In this document: positions 17,946 through 26,627 of the stretch, piece by piece
How positions within the stretch are numbered: the stretch's first letter is position 1
Layout of the letters: each line of letters begins with the position of its first letter
DNA from: an uncultured virus (IMG/VR IMGVR_UViG_3300008116_000020)
Lineage: Duplodnaviria; Heunggongvirae; Uroviricota; Caudoviricetes
Virus record (IMG/VR): IMGVR_UViG_3300008116_000020
Coordinates: 1 to 64,000 of that record
DNA: 64,000 nt
Reading direction: 5' to 3' (one strand)
The notes under the pieces: generated by a model
Told to the model about the DNA's origin: nothing
The model's input: only the letters and a program-made list of their open reading frames with translations
Database searches by the model: none
Translations under genes and position numbers: made by a program

Positions 17946-18401
17946 TTAAGCCAAAATTCCAATAACTCTATCAAAAACTTCATCATTGAGACCTTTTAAA
18001 GGATCACATTTAATTACTTTTACAAAAGGTATTCTATTTACTATATCTTTTATATTATCATCAATTACAACAAAGTTATCAATTCGATGTTCGTTTAACC
18101 ACTCTACGATTTCTTCTCCTCTTGTATCACAAGCTCCAGTTATACCAATAATATCACCTCTAAATCCTCTCGATCTAAATAAAGATTTTAATTCAGTTAG
18201 TGTGTAGAATAGTCTCCAGGTTGATGTAATCACTATTTTCGCACCTGTTAAGAGTGTAATATAGTTTAGATTTTCCAGAGCGTCTGGTGAGAAATGTCTT
18301 TTATGTAATTCCGGTATTGGTTCTCCTAGTTTTTGAGACCAAAAGCAATCACTTTCATGAGTTCTTAATACACCATCTATGTCTAGAAATACTATATTCA
18401 T
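17946..18401 (-). CDS. HAD-family phosphatase (Swiss Army Knife RNA-repair-like)
   Basis: VFLDIDGVL, IVITSTWR, RGEEI..WL and FVVIDD motifs. Confidence 0.85.
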   Translation of the reverse strand: MNIVFLDIDGVLRTHESDCFWSQKLGEPIPELHKRHFSPDALENLNYITLLTGAKIVITSTWRLFYTLTELKSLFRSRGFRGDIIGITGACDTRGEEIVEWLNEHRIDNFVVIDDNIKDIVNRIPFVKVIKCDPLKGLNDEVFDRVIGILA

Positions 18402-18437
18402 TTTACAAATATAAAAAAATAATTTAATATATAGAAT

Positions 18438-19157
18438 ATGAAATACATTAAATTATTTGAGGACTTCCAGGACAATCTAGAAGATATAAAGTGGGCTTTA
18501 ATATCAGCTTTTGATACATCTGATTTTGAAATAATGACAAGAACTCCATTAAAAGATGAGTTTGTTGTTGTGAAAATACAATTAGATGAAGATCAAAAGA
18601 ATGATACTACAAAAGAAAGATTTATATCTTTGGTAAAAGGTATAGATGAAGATTATAATTGTTTTTGGACCGAAGTGGTTTACTTTCCAAAAAATGTAGC
18701 TGATACTGTTATCGTAATAGTTAAGGGTAAAGCTTCTGATGTTTTATATAGAAACTTTGGTTTTAGAGATATGAATGGTTATTTAAACTATATAAAAGAG
18801 AGAGTTAAGAAAATTGAAAATAAATGGGTAAATATTAAAGACCTTGTTGAATCATCTGGATTATATGACTTTAATCTTAAAATGTGTTTAGATGATGGTG
18901 TAATAGATGTTGAATTAGAAGAAGGAAGTGAATTACAAAGTATTCATGATGAGCTTTTTGATATAAAAGATTGTTTCTCAGGAAATAGTGATAAAAATGG
19001 TGCAGGTGAAGTTGCTGAAGAAGTTACTGAACTATTATTCCAATACTTAATAAATAATAAAGATTTAAATCTAATCAGAATGTATGGTAAGCATACTGGA
19101 GAAGATTTGGATTTTTTAAATGATATTACTGACGAAATAGAATATGAAATAACATAA
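18438..19157 (+). CDS. putative head-targeted protein (MKYIKLFEDF)
   Basis: N-terminal motif; AATTTAATATATAGAATATG upstream. Confidence 0.6.
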   Translation: MKYIKLFEDFQDNLEDIKWALISAFDTSDFEIMTRTPLKDEFVVVKIQLDEDQKNDTTKERFISLVKGIDEDYNCFWTEVVYFPKNVADTVIVIVKGKASDVLYRNFGFRDMNGYLNYIKERVKKIENKWVNIKDLVESSGLYDFNLKMCLDDGVIDVELEEGSELQSIHDELFDIKDCFSGNSDKNGAGEVAEEVTELLFQYLINNKDLNLIRMYGKHTGEDLDFLNDITDEIEYEIT

Positions 19158-19277
19158 AGTTCTTAAATCTATTAAAAAAAGATTAGATGAAATAGGCTAT
19201 TAATAAAAACCACTCAATTTGAGTAGCTTGAGTTGATACAATTAGAATTATAACATAAAAAATTTAATATATAGAAT

Positions 19278-19676
19278 ATGAAATATCTAAAAAAATTCAA
19301 TGAAGAATTAAATCCAAGTACATATAGAAGTGCTGCTGATAAAAGAGAAAAACAAGGAGATCCAAATGGAACCGTTTCTGATTTGAGAAATCATGCTGAT
19401 AAAATTGAAGATGAATCTGCTAAAAAAATATTAAATGATTTAAAAGCGGGAACAAGAAGTTCAATTCTTTCTAAAGAAGAAAGAGATTTATTAATTGATT
19501 ATGGTATTTGGTGGTTAAAATATGGTTATACAAACATAAGATATAGTGATCATGGTCATATTCAGGCAATGGGTTATTGCCCAGGTTGTAAAAAATATAC
19601 CTATTTATCAACTCAAGAAGGTAATGTTAAACTTGTTCCAAAATGTTTTCATTGTGTCGTAAAAAATAGAAGTTAA
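19278..19676 (+). CDS. putative head-targeted zinc-finger protein (MKYLKKFNEELNP)
   Basis: N-terminal motif; CPGC...CFHC; upstream 25 nt identical to those of 18438. Confidence 0.6.
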   Translation: MKYLKKFNEELNPSTYRSAADKREKQGDPNGTVSDLRNHADKIEDESAKKILNDLKAGTRSSILSKEERDLLIDYGIWWLKYGYTNIRYSDHGHIQAMGYCPGCKKYTYLSTQEGNVKLVPKCFHCVVKNRS

Positions 19677-19945
19677 AATGTATATAGATATTTAACAATC
19701 CAATAATAAAAAACCACTCAATTTGAGTGGTTTAATTTTTTATAAAATTGAATAAAACCAATCTGGTAGACTCGGATAGTCTGACCTATCATTAGGATCA
19801 TATTTGAATCCTCTTTTATTCTTTTCATCAAATAACTTATTTGATTCGATAAGTTTAGTCATTGATCTTTCTGGTTTTATAGATTTCATTTCTCTATGCC
19901 AGAAGTCATATCTTTCGTAATCGTTATTCATATTAAAATTTATTT

Positions 19946-20227
19946 TTAGTATTCTTCTTCATCATCATAATAACCATAGTCCTCGTCGTCTTCATCCTCT
20001 TCATCTTTGTCTAAATAAGGGAAAACATCATGTTCATCAAACATTTCTAATAGTTCTTCAATATCAGAATCTTCTAGATCTAAATCTTCAATCTCAAATA
20101 CATCAGTTGACTTATCCAAATCAAAATCAATTTTTCCTTCTTTCTGAAGGTCTTTTAATTGTTTTAAAACTAATTTTCTATTAGTACATTCATCAAGACT
20201 GTAATAATTATGTAAGTTCATTTCCAT
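19946..20227 (-). CDS. highly acidic small protein
   Basis: D/E-rich ORF. Confidence 0.55.
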   Translation of the reverse strand: MEMNLHNYYSLDECTNRKLVLKQLKDLQKEGKIDFDLDKSTDVFEIEDLDLEDSDIEELLEMFDEHDVFPYLDKDEEDEDDEDYGYYDDEEEY

Positions 20228-20231
20228 ATAT

Positions 20232-20975
20232 TTATTTTTTATTTAAAATTTTTGCTATCTCTGTCTCAGGAAGTCTTGGTAAATCTTCATCTACTGGGTA
20301 TTTGGTGTAAATACGTAAATTATCACCTTCTTCCTGATATCCAATATCTAAGTAATAACCATCACACTTAAACTTAATTGTAGTATCATTAAGTTTTACT
20401 GGTATAACTTCCGTTCTTGGATCTAAATCAAAATTTTTTATCTTTTTAACAAAATCCCAATTTTCATTTTTATAGAACTCTTGTCTCAAAAGTTGTATAA
20501 ATTTCCCCTCTTTTTTAAATAATTCGTTTTTTCTAACTCCGAATACGTCGCGCCACTTAAAGCCTAAAGTTATGTGAAAGTCTTGTTTAGGTAAGTTAAA
20601 TCTTTCTCTAACAGCATCTAATTTATCTGATTGACAAACAATAAAGAAAGATGTGTTCTCATTCTTCTGAGCTCTACCAACACCTAATAATTTCAAATCG
20701 TCAATTGTGTACTTGAAGATTGGATCTAATGAATTAACAAACTTATCTATACCCATTTGTTTGGACAAACGGTTATAATCCACAACATTGACAACTGTTA
20801 TATGATAATGACCACCATCACGTTTGATTTGATTCTCAGTGAATGTTTCGTAATCATTATCACCTAAAATCTCTCTCAACTCATTTAAGTATGGTTGTAC
20901 AATTGTAGTTGGTAAATCTATACCCAAATAATTATTTCCAATAACATCACGAAGATGTGTTATATAACATATCAT
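20232..20975 (-). CDS. 2H phosphoesterase family protein
   Basis: two HxT motifs, YHITV and FHITL. Confidence 0.8.
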   Translation of the reverse strand: MICYITHLRDVIGNNYLGIDLPTTIVQPYLNELREILGDNDYETFTENQIKRDGGHYHITVVNVVDYNRLSKQMGIDKFVNSLDPIFKYTIDDLKLLGVGRAQKNENTSFFIVCQSDKLDAVRERFNLPKQDFHITLGFKWRDVFGVRKNELFKKEGKFIQLLRQEFYKNENWDFVKKIKNFDLDPRTEVIPVKLNDTTIKFKCDGYYLDIGYQEEGDNLRIYTKYPVDEDLPRLPETEIAKILNKK

Positions 20976-20987
20976 AATTTTATTTAC

Positions 20988-21272
20988 TTATTTAATATTT
21001 TCTACTGGGTAAGCATTTAAGATTGTGTCTTTATCAATAGCATCATAAGCTCCTTCTTGAAGAAACTCATAAGCAAAATCTGTTAAAGATGCTTTATCAC
21101 TAGCAGCTTTCAAAGCAGCTTCTACGTGAAGTTTAGCAAACTCAACCATTAAACTTATAATATCACGACTACTACTATCAGCCTCAAATCCATGATATTG
21201 TTCAAATAGTTCATTCGCAGTTGGTATCTTACCCTCAACTGACTCATTTATTTTATCTGTAAATTTTTTCAT
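20988..21272 (-). CDS. hypothetical protein (MKKFTDKINES)
   Basis: ORF with a variant N-terminal motif; EFAKLHVEAALKAAS. Confidence 0.55.
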   Translation of the reverse strand: MKKFTDKINESVEGKIPTANELFEQYHGFEADSSSRDIISLMVEFAKLHVEAALKAASDKASLTDFAYEFLQEGAYDAIDKDTILNAYPVENIK

Positions 21273-21850
21273 AACATTTCTTTAAATTTTTCTACTTCTA
21301 ATCTCTTTATTTCGAGACCAAGTTCTTTTCCTTTTATACCTCTATCCATCAACTCTTGAGCTGATACAGTTGGTTTGTAATCAATAAACTTAATTAGAGT
21401 ATTACTTTCATTTCCAGTAACTTTTAACCACTCTAATATTGTACTATCACTAATACCAGATGCTACTTTCTTTTTATAAAGATCAAAAACATCTTCTACT
21501 TTCATTTTACTAAACTCAAGTAAGAAAATAATTTTCTTAGCAACCTCAGTTTCTATTTTGAACTCTTGTACTAATTTACTTTCTAATACTTTAGTATCTT
21601 CTAACTTAAATAGGTTAGTGAAGATAACAACAAAGTCTTTACTATCAACTAAATCTGTGTTTATTTTAACACCTGGGAATATATATTGTGATAACTTAAA
21701 ATCTAAAATATATTTTAGATATTCATTAAAGTCTTTTGATTGACTAAATGATTTTTTTATTTCATCCCATATTCTTTCTCTGGATAAAGTTTCTAATAAA
21801 TATCCATTTTTAATTATAGATTCCTTCGTCTTGGTTTCAATTATAGCCAT
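21269..21850 (-). CDS. CCA-adding enzyme / tRNA nucleotidyltransferase, C-terminal half
   Basis: IETKTKESI...LSRERIWDEIKK; C-terminal VSAQELMDRGIKGKELG. Confidence 0.8.
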   Translation of the reverse strand: MAIIETKTKESIIKNGYLLETLSRERIWDEIKKSFSQSKDFNEYLKYILDFKLSQYIFPGVKINTDLVDSKDFVVIFTNLFKLEDTKVLESKLVQEFKIETEVAKKIIFLLEFSKMKVEDVFDLYKKKVASGISDSTILEWLKVTGNESNTLIKFIDYKPTVSAQELMDRGIKGKELGLEIKRLEVEKFKEML

Positions 21851-22886
21851 TTCTTTTTAATTTTTCTATATCACTTACAATTTTTTTATATTCTATATCA
21901 ATCTCATATGCTTTAATTATATATTCAATTTCTATATCAGAAACATGTTGCTTTCTTCTATTATATGAACTTTCTATAATTCTAAGATTTGAAATATGAC
22001 CTATTATATATGCTGGTATTCCATTTTTAAATCCGTTAATTTTTGAGTATATATGGTCTAAATCATATCCAAAATAATTTCCTCTTAATTCTATATTATC
22101 TATATTGTAATTATTAAGCGATAATCTAGTATATTTATTCACATCATAAATATAATCAATAAATTTCTTTCTATCTTGTTTTTTTATCTTTGAATTAGAT
22201 AGTGATATTTTATTATTTTTATCTAACCATTTTTCCAATCCAATTTCATTACCAAATTTATCAATATAATAAGATAAAAGATTTTTATTTTTTTGAACAT
22301 CTCTCCACTTTTGATAAATTTTTTCACCCTCAATCACACCATGTTTATTTATACAATTTTCTAAAGTAATTGCTTTTTTATTTTGAACTTCTCTAAAAAT
22401 TTTAATACCCTCAATATCCCCATATCTATCAATATATGACTGTTTACCATTTTTATATTTTTTATTTTCTTTCATTTTATTAAAAAGTAACAAACCATCA
22501 ACCTCACCATACTTTTCTTTATACCCATCTAATGTATGTGATCTCGATAATTTATCAGACATCTCTTTATTCATTAAATTAGAAAGTGTATCTTTTTTCT
22601 TTCTTGTATTTTCTGATGTTCTGCTAGATTTAAACATATTGTCATATTCATCACAAGTTATATTATGTTGTTTTATGTGATCATTATTTATTTCTTTAAA
22701 TTTAAGTCCACATATTTTACATATAACAAAGTCCAAACCCTCAACACCGGTTATCTTATTTTGTGAGTAAGACAAAGATCTACAGCTCTGTGAGCAATAT
22801 TTTGCGTTTTTTTGTCTAGAGTCGTATTCATATGATTTTCCACAAAGATTACAATCTCTACTATTTAATATTATCCAATCTTTCAT
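21837..22886 (-). mobile_element. HNH-type homing endonuclease gene inserted in the CCA-adding enzyme gene
   Basis: zinc fingers, repeated KYGEVDG/RYGDIEG/KHGVIEG/KFGNEIG units, YDLDHIYS...HISNLRII..SYNRRK. Confidence 0.8.
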
Positions 22887-22933
22887 TTAATATATATTAA
22901 ATATAAAAGATGATATTTTTCGAAGAGATTTTA

Positions 22934-23512
22934 CTATAATCTACAAGCCATTCTAATAGCTCTTAAAATTCTTAAAGGATCCTCTTTTATTCTTAAATCA
23001 GGTTCTCCAATCATTGATATAACACCATTCTTTATATCATCAATTCCTCCAACCAAATCGACTATTTCATTCTTGTCTAAGTCATAAAAAAGTCCATTTA
23101 TCCGCAAGTCTCTTCTAAGAACATCATTTTCAATTGTTGAGAATTTAACATCTGGATTTCTAGTTTTACCTAATTTTTCATCATAAACATCCTCTCTGAA
23201 TGTTGCGATTTCCATTCCTTCTGGTTGATCTTTGGTAAATACCACGACAACTCCAAATGCTTTACCTTGTAAGTTAGTTCTGAATTTACCATCTAAAATA
23301 CTTAAAACCTCATCTGGTAAGGCATCGGTTGCTAAGTCAAAGTCCTTTGGTTTATCACCTGTAAGAAAATCTCTAACTGAACCACCAACCAAATAAAGTT
23401 TCTTACCATTCTTAGAGAATAGTTTATGTAAATCTTTAACTGACTGTGGAATAATATCCAACATTGTTTTAGTTGATTCCAAGAATTTTTCGTATTTAGT
23501 TATTATTTTCAC
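22934..23512 (-). CDS. cca: CCA-adding enzyme / tRNA nucleotidyltransferase, N-terminal catalytic half
   Basis: LYLVGGSVRD, KDFDLAT, EIATFR, RRDLRINGL and EDPLRILRAIR motifs; GTG start; ends TAG TAA. Confidence 0.9.
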   Translation of the reverse strand: MKIITKYEKFLESTKTMLDIIPQSVKDLHKLFSKNGKKLYLVGGSVRDFLTGDKPKDFDLATDALPDEVLSILDGKFRTNLQGKAFGVVVVFTKDQPEGMEIATFREDVYDEKLGKTRNPDVKFSTIENDVLRRDLRINGLFYDLDKNEIVDLVGGIDDIKNGVISMIGEPDLRIKEDPLRILRAIRMACRL

Positions 23513-23528
23513 AAATATAGTAATTTTT

Positions 23529-24311
23529 TTAGAATTGTTCTGTTTTAAGAAAGTCTATATATCTTTCTTTCTTTTCATATGGGAACTCATGCCAACCTGA
23601 GCCACCTCTTCTCTGTAATATATAAGGAGAGTATGTTCTATTTGTGTTTATAACAAAAATTGGATGCTCATTTGTTATAATTTTTTCAACATCACTACTT
23701 AATAAGAAGTTAAAACAAACAACTTGACTATAATTTTTATCTTCGAATTTTGGCATTGAAAATATCAAATCCACATTATATAGTTCTTCTAAAGTATCAT
23801 AAGCTAATTTAAACGCATCTAATTCGGTTTTGTAATAAAAACCATAGAAACTTTTTAACCATTCCAATATCTTAACAGCTGTTTCATAATCACAAAATCC
23901 ACCAACTCCTTTACTAATTACATTATCAAAATCATAAGTTTCCTCTAAATTGAAATGATTGATAGTTATTCTAGCATCAGGAACTTTCGATAATTTAACT
24001 TCGATGTTCCTTTTACTTGAATTTACATTATTTTTGGCTATGATAAAATGTTTTGTCATTGAGTATATTCTCTCATTCAAATCATAGATATCATCTATTA
24101 TATAAGTTGACATTTCTAAGTTATTATAACTTATAAATAATTCTGGATCATTAGCAACATACTTTGATTCCGCGTTTTTATCTACAACATCATCAATTGA
24201 TATATGATATTTATCTAGTATTTCAGATTGGATAATATCTTTAACATCTAACCAATCATTTATATCTAAACTAGCGTATTCAAATAGTTTGTATTTTTTT
24301 AAATGTTTCAT
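23529..24311 (-). CDS. putative head-targeted protein (MKHLKKYKLFE)
   Basis: N-terminal motif. Confidence 0.6.
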   Translation of the reverse strand: MKHLKKYKLFEYASLDINDWLDVKDIIQSEILDKYHISIDDVVDKNAESKYVANDPELFISYNNLEMSTYIIDDIYDLNERIYSMTKHFIIAKNNVNSSKRNIEVKLSKVPDARITINHFNLEETYDFDNVISKGVGGFCDYETAVKILEWLKSFYGFYYKTELDAFKLAYDTLEELYNVDLIFSMPKFEDKNYSQVVCFNFLLSSDVEKIITNEHPIFVINTNRTYSPYILQRRGGSGWHEFPYEKKERYIDFLKTEQF

Positions 24312-25165
24312 TTGTTAAATAAATTTGTTCTTCCAGATGTTTGAAGTTCTTTATAGAATAAAGATTTATTTGAGTACTGTCTGAAGAAAAACTCGGTTAT
24401 ATCTTCTACTGAATTGACTACTCCCCACTCACTTGATATTAAGGTTACAATATTAGTTTCGATCCAATCATAAAAACTTATATTCTTATCTTTACGAATT
24501 GGATAATCAATCTTTCCCGTCAAAGCCTTTTTAAGTAGATTTAAACATGTTTTAGCACCAGCATCATCACATAACTTAAATCTACTAGTGATCCAATCTC
24601 TATCTTGACTTTCAGTTACATGTATGTTTCCTGTTTCCGCATTTACATCAATAATAAACATTCTATCAAATAGAATAGGAGCAGCATCGTTATCAACTAA
24701 ATCCCAACCTCTATAATCTTTACTTACTTCTTTACTAATATCAAAAATTATATTCATTGTTTCTTCATCCGCTGGTATAAATCCCTCAACAACTTCAAAA
24801 TATACAACATTATTTTGTCTTTTAACCGCATCTATGTTTGGATATTGATCTTTAAACCACCAATCACTATCTATTTCATAAACTGGGTAAAAATTCAATG
24901 GTTTGATAAATCCACATTTAATTAATATAGTTTGTAACTGTGAAGAAGGTAAACCATTGAAATTAATATCACATTTAACTGGATTAGAAAACTTAGAATA
25001 AAATTCCGCTATTTCTTTACATTTTTTAATATATTCTCTTCTCTGTAAATTATCAGCATGTTTTAACATGTCACTTCTTTTCGTAGGATGAGTTGTAAGT
25101 TTAGAAGCAATATTTCTATATGTATCTGGATTTAGTTCTTCATTAAATTTCTTTAAGTATTTCAT
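24308..25165 (-). CDS. putative head-targeted protein (MKYLKKFNEELNPDTY)
   Basis: N-terminal stretch shared with 19278..19676. Confidence 0.6.
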   Translation of the reverse strand: MKYLKKFNEELNPDTYRNIASKLTTHPTKRSDMLKHADNLQRREYIKKCKEIAEFYSKFSNPVKCDINFNGLPSSQLQTILIKCGFIKPLNFYPVYEIDSDWWFKDQYPNIDAVKRQNNVVYFEVVEGFIPADEETMNIIFDISKEVSKDYRGWDLVDNDAAPILFDRMFIIDVNAETGNIHVTESQDRDWITSRFKLCDDAGAKTCLNLLKKALTGKIDYPIRKDKNISFYDWIETNIVTLISSEWGVVNSVEDITEFFFRQYSNKSLFYKELQTSGRTNLFNK

Positions 25166-25166
25166 A

Positions 25167-26276
25167 TTAAATTTCAGCTATTTTTTTGTAGAAGTAACTA
25201 TTATAGAATTTTTCGTTTGGTTGTGGACTTTCTGGAAGTAATCTATTATTACTTATTCTATTGAATACACTCATCGCTTCATCCAAATCTTCTGATGGAT
25301 CGTGACTTAAAATACCAAGTAGTTCTGTTAGTTTTTTTCTAAAATCTTCGTTTTTAGCTACTAACTTAGGTAAGTCTTTTGTGAACTCGATAGCTGATCT
25401 TTTATCCGAGAAAACAGCTGTATAGTAACCACTAAAAATATTTTTAGGAGATATTTCTAATGATATTTTCTTACTATCTTCAAAGAATGCTTGAACATCA
25501 TAAATTGGATTACCATTTTCATCTTTATCAAGCGGTATTATTTTACCATTTACCCATATTGAACTCGCAACTCCAGTTCCATTACAACTCTCACATTTTT
25601 GAGGTCCTTTATGACCATCACATTGTGGACATTCTCCACCATCGTAGTCTTCTCCATGACCATCACATTCATAACAGTAAAATTCACCGTCACCATCACA
25701 ATCTTGACATCTTGTAAAATCTTTCATACCATAACTTGACCTACTAAGAACTAATGATATACTAAATGGTGTCCATCTATAAATCTTTATAAGCTCATTA
25801 AAGTGTCCATTTGACTTTCCATCCAATTCTGATTTACTACTATTAAGTAATCTAAAAGAAACATCAAATGTTAATCCCAGATGTGTATTATTACCATTTT
25901 TCCAACTATTTATAATATCATCAACACTATAATTAATATCAGTAAGTACCTGTGATTCCTTTCCATATGGAGTTACTCCATATCTAACATTTTCTATTCT
26001 AAGATCAGTCATTTTAACACTTTTCTCAAGATAACTGGTTCTATTCTTCAAAACAGTTACATTATAATAACCAAACTCTTTTTCATCTGCGTAGTCTCTC
26101 AAAATACCCGCCTTTTTTGTTTGATTAGCACTTGTAGCTAACGCCCCTGCTCTTCTGAATTTTTCAGGTTGAAATCCAGTTGATGGAACTGATTGTGTAA
26201 CACCAGTTTCTTCATCATATTCTTTCTTTGTCAATCTTGGACCTATAGCCTCGTTATACTTCTTAATATATTTCAT
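25167..26276 (-). CDS. putative head-targeted protein with DnaJ-type zinc finger
   Basis: MKYIKKYNEA; CQDCDGDG, CYECDGHG, CPQCDGHKG and CESCNGTG repeats. Confidence 0.65.
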   Translation of the reverse strand: MKYIKKYNEAIGPRLTKKEYDEETGVTQSVPSTGFQPEKFRRAGALATSANQTKKAGILRDYADEKEFGYYNVTVLKNRTSYLEKSVKMTDLRIENVRYGVTPYGKESQVLTDINYSVDDIINSWKNGNNTHLGLTFDVSFRLLNSSKSELDGKSNGHFNELIKIYRWTPFSISLVLSRSSYGMKDFTRCQDCDGDGEFYCYECDGHGEDYDGGECPQCDGHKGPQKCESCNGTGVASSIWVNGKIIPLDKDENGNPIYDVQAFFEDSKKISLEISPKNIFSGYYTAVFSDKRSAIEFTKDLPKLVAKNEDFRKKLTELLGILSHDPSEDLDEAMSVFNRISNNRLLPESPQPNEKFYNSYFYKKIAEI

Positions 26277-26308
26277 AAAGTATATATTTAGTTTTTAATA
26301 TATAAATT
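26277..26308. promoter_or_regulatory. back-to-back putative late promoters (AATATATA on both strands)
   Basis: AAAGTATATATTTAGTTTTTAATATATAAATT between divergent genes that both carry the N-terminal motif. Confidence 0.6.
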
Positions 26309-26572
26309 ATGAAATGGATAAAATTATTTGAGGATTTTAAGCAAAATAATGAAGATGGTGACTTAATAACAGTCGAAGATATTATTAAAGCTAAAGAAAG
26401 TGGAGAGAAGATATATGCTACTATTATAGAAGATGTAGCGGGTAATGATCCAGAAGAACCTTTAGAGATAAAGGATATTGATGATGATGGTCTTATTACA
26501 GTTGATTACAAAGGAAAAATGGGTTATGTGAAATTAAAAAATGTTAATCGAATAGGGGATAAATTAGATTAA
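26309..26572 (+). CDS. putative head-targeted protein (MKWIKLFEDF)
   Basis: N-terminal motif and late-promoter motif. Confidence 0.6.
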   Translation: MKWIKLFEDFKQNNEDGDLITVEDIIKAKESGEKIYATIIEDVAGNDPEEPLEIKDIDDDGLITVDYKGKMGYVKLKNVNRIGDKLD

Positions 26573-26597
26573 TTCATTTTAGATTTTCTTTAAAAAT

Positions 26598-26627
26598 AAA
26601 AAAGGGAGATTAAATCTCCCTTTTTTT
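26598..26627. terminator. bidirectional intrinsic terminator
   Basis: AAAAAGGGAGATT-AAATCTCCCTTTTTT between convergent genes. Confidence 0.75.

Noticed and set aside
21837..22933. Group I intron or intein in the CCA-adding enzyme gene
   Set aside because: Only 47 nt of AT-rich non-coding sequence on one side and none on the other; stop codons and a frame change exclude an intein
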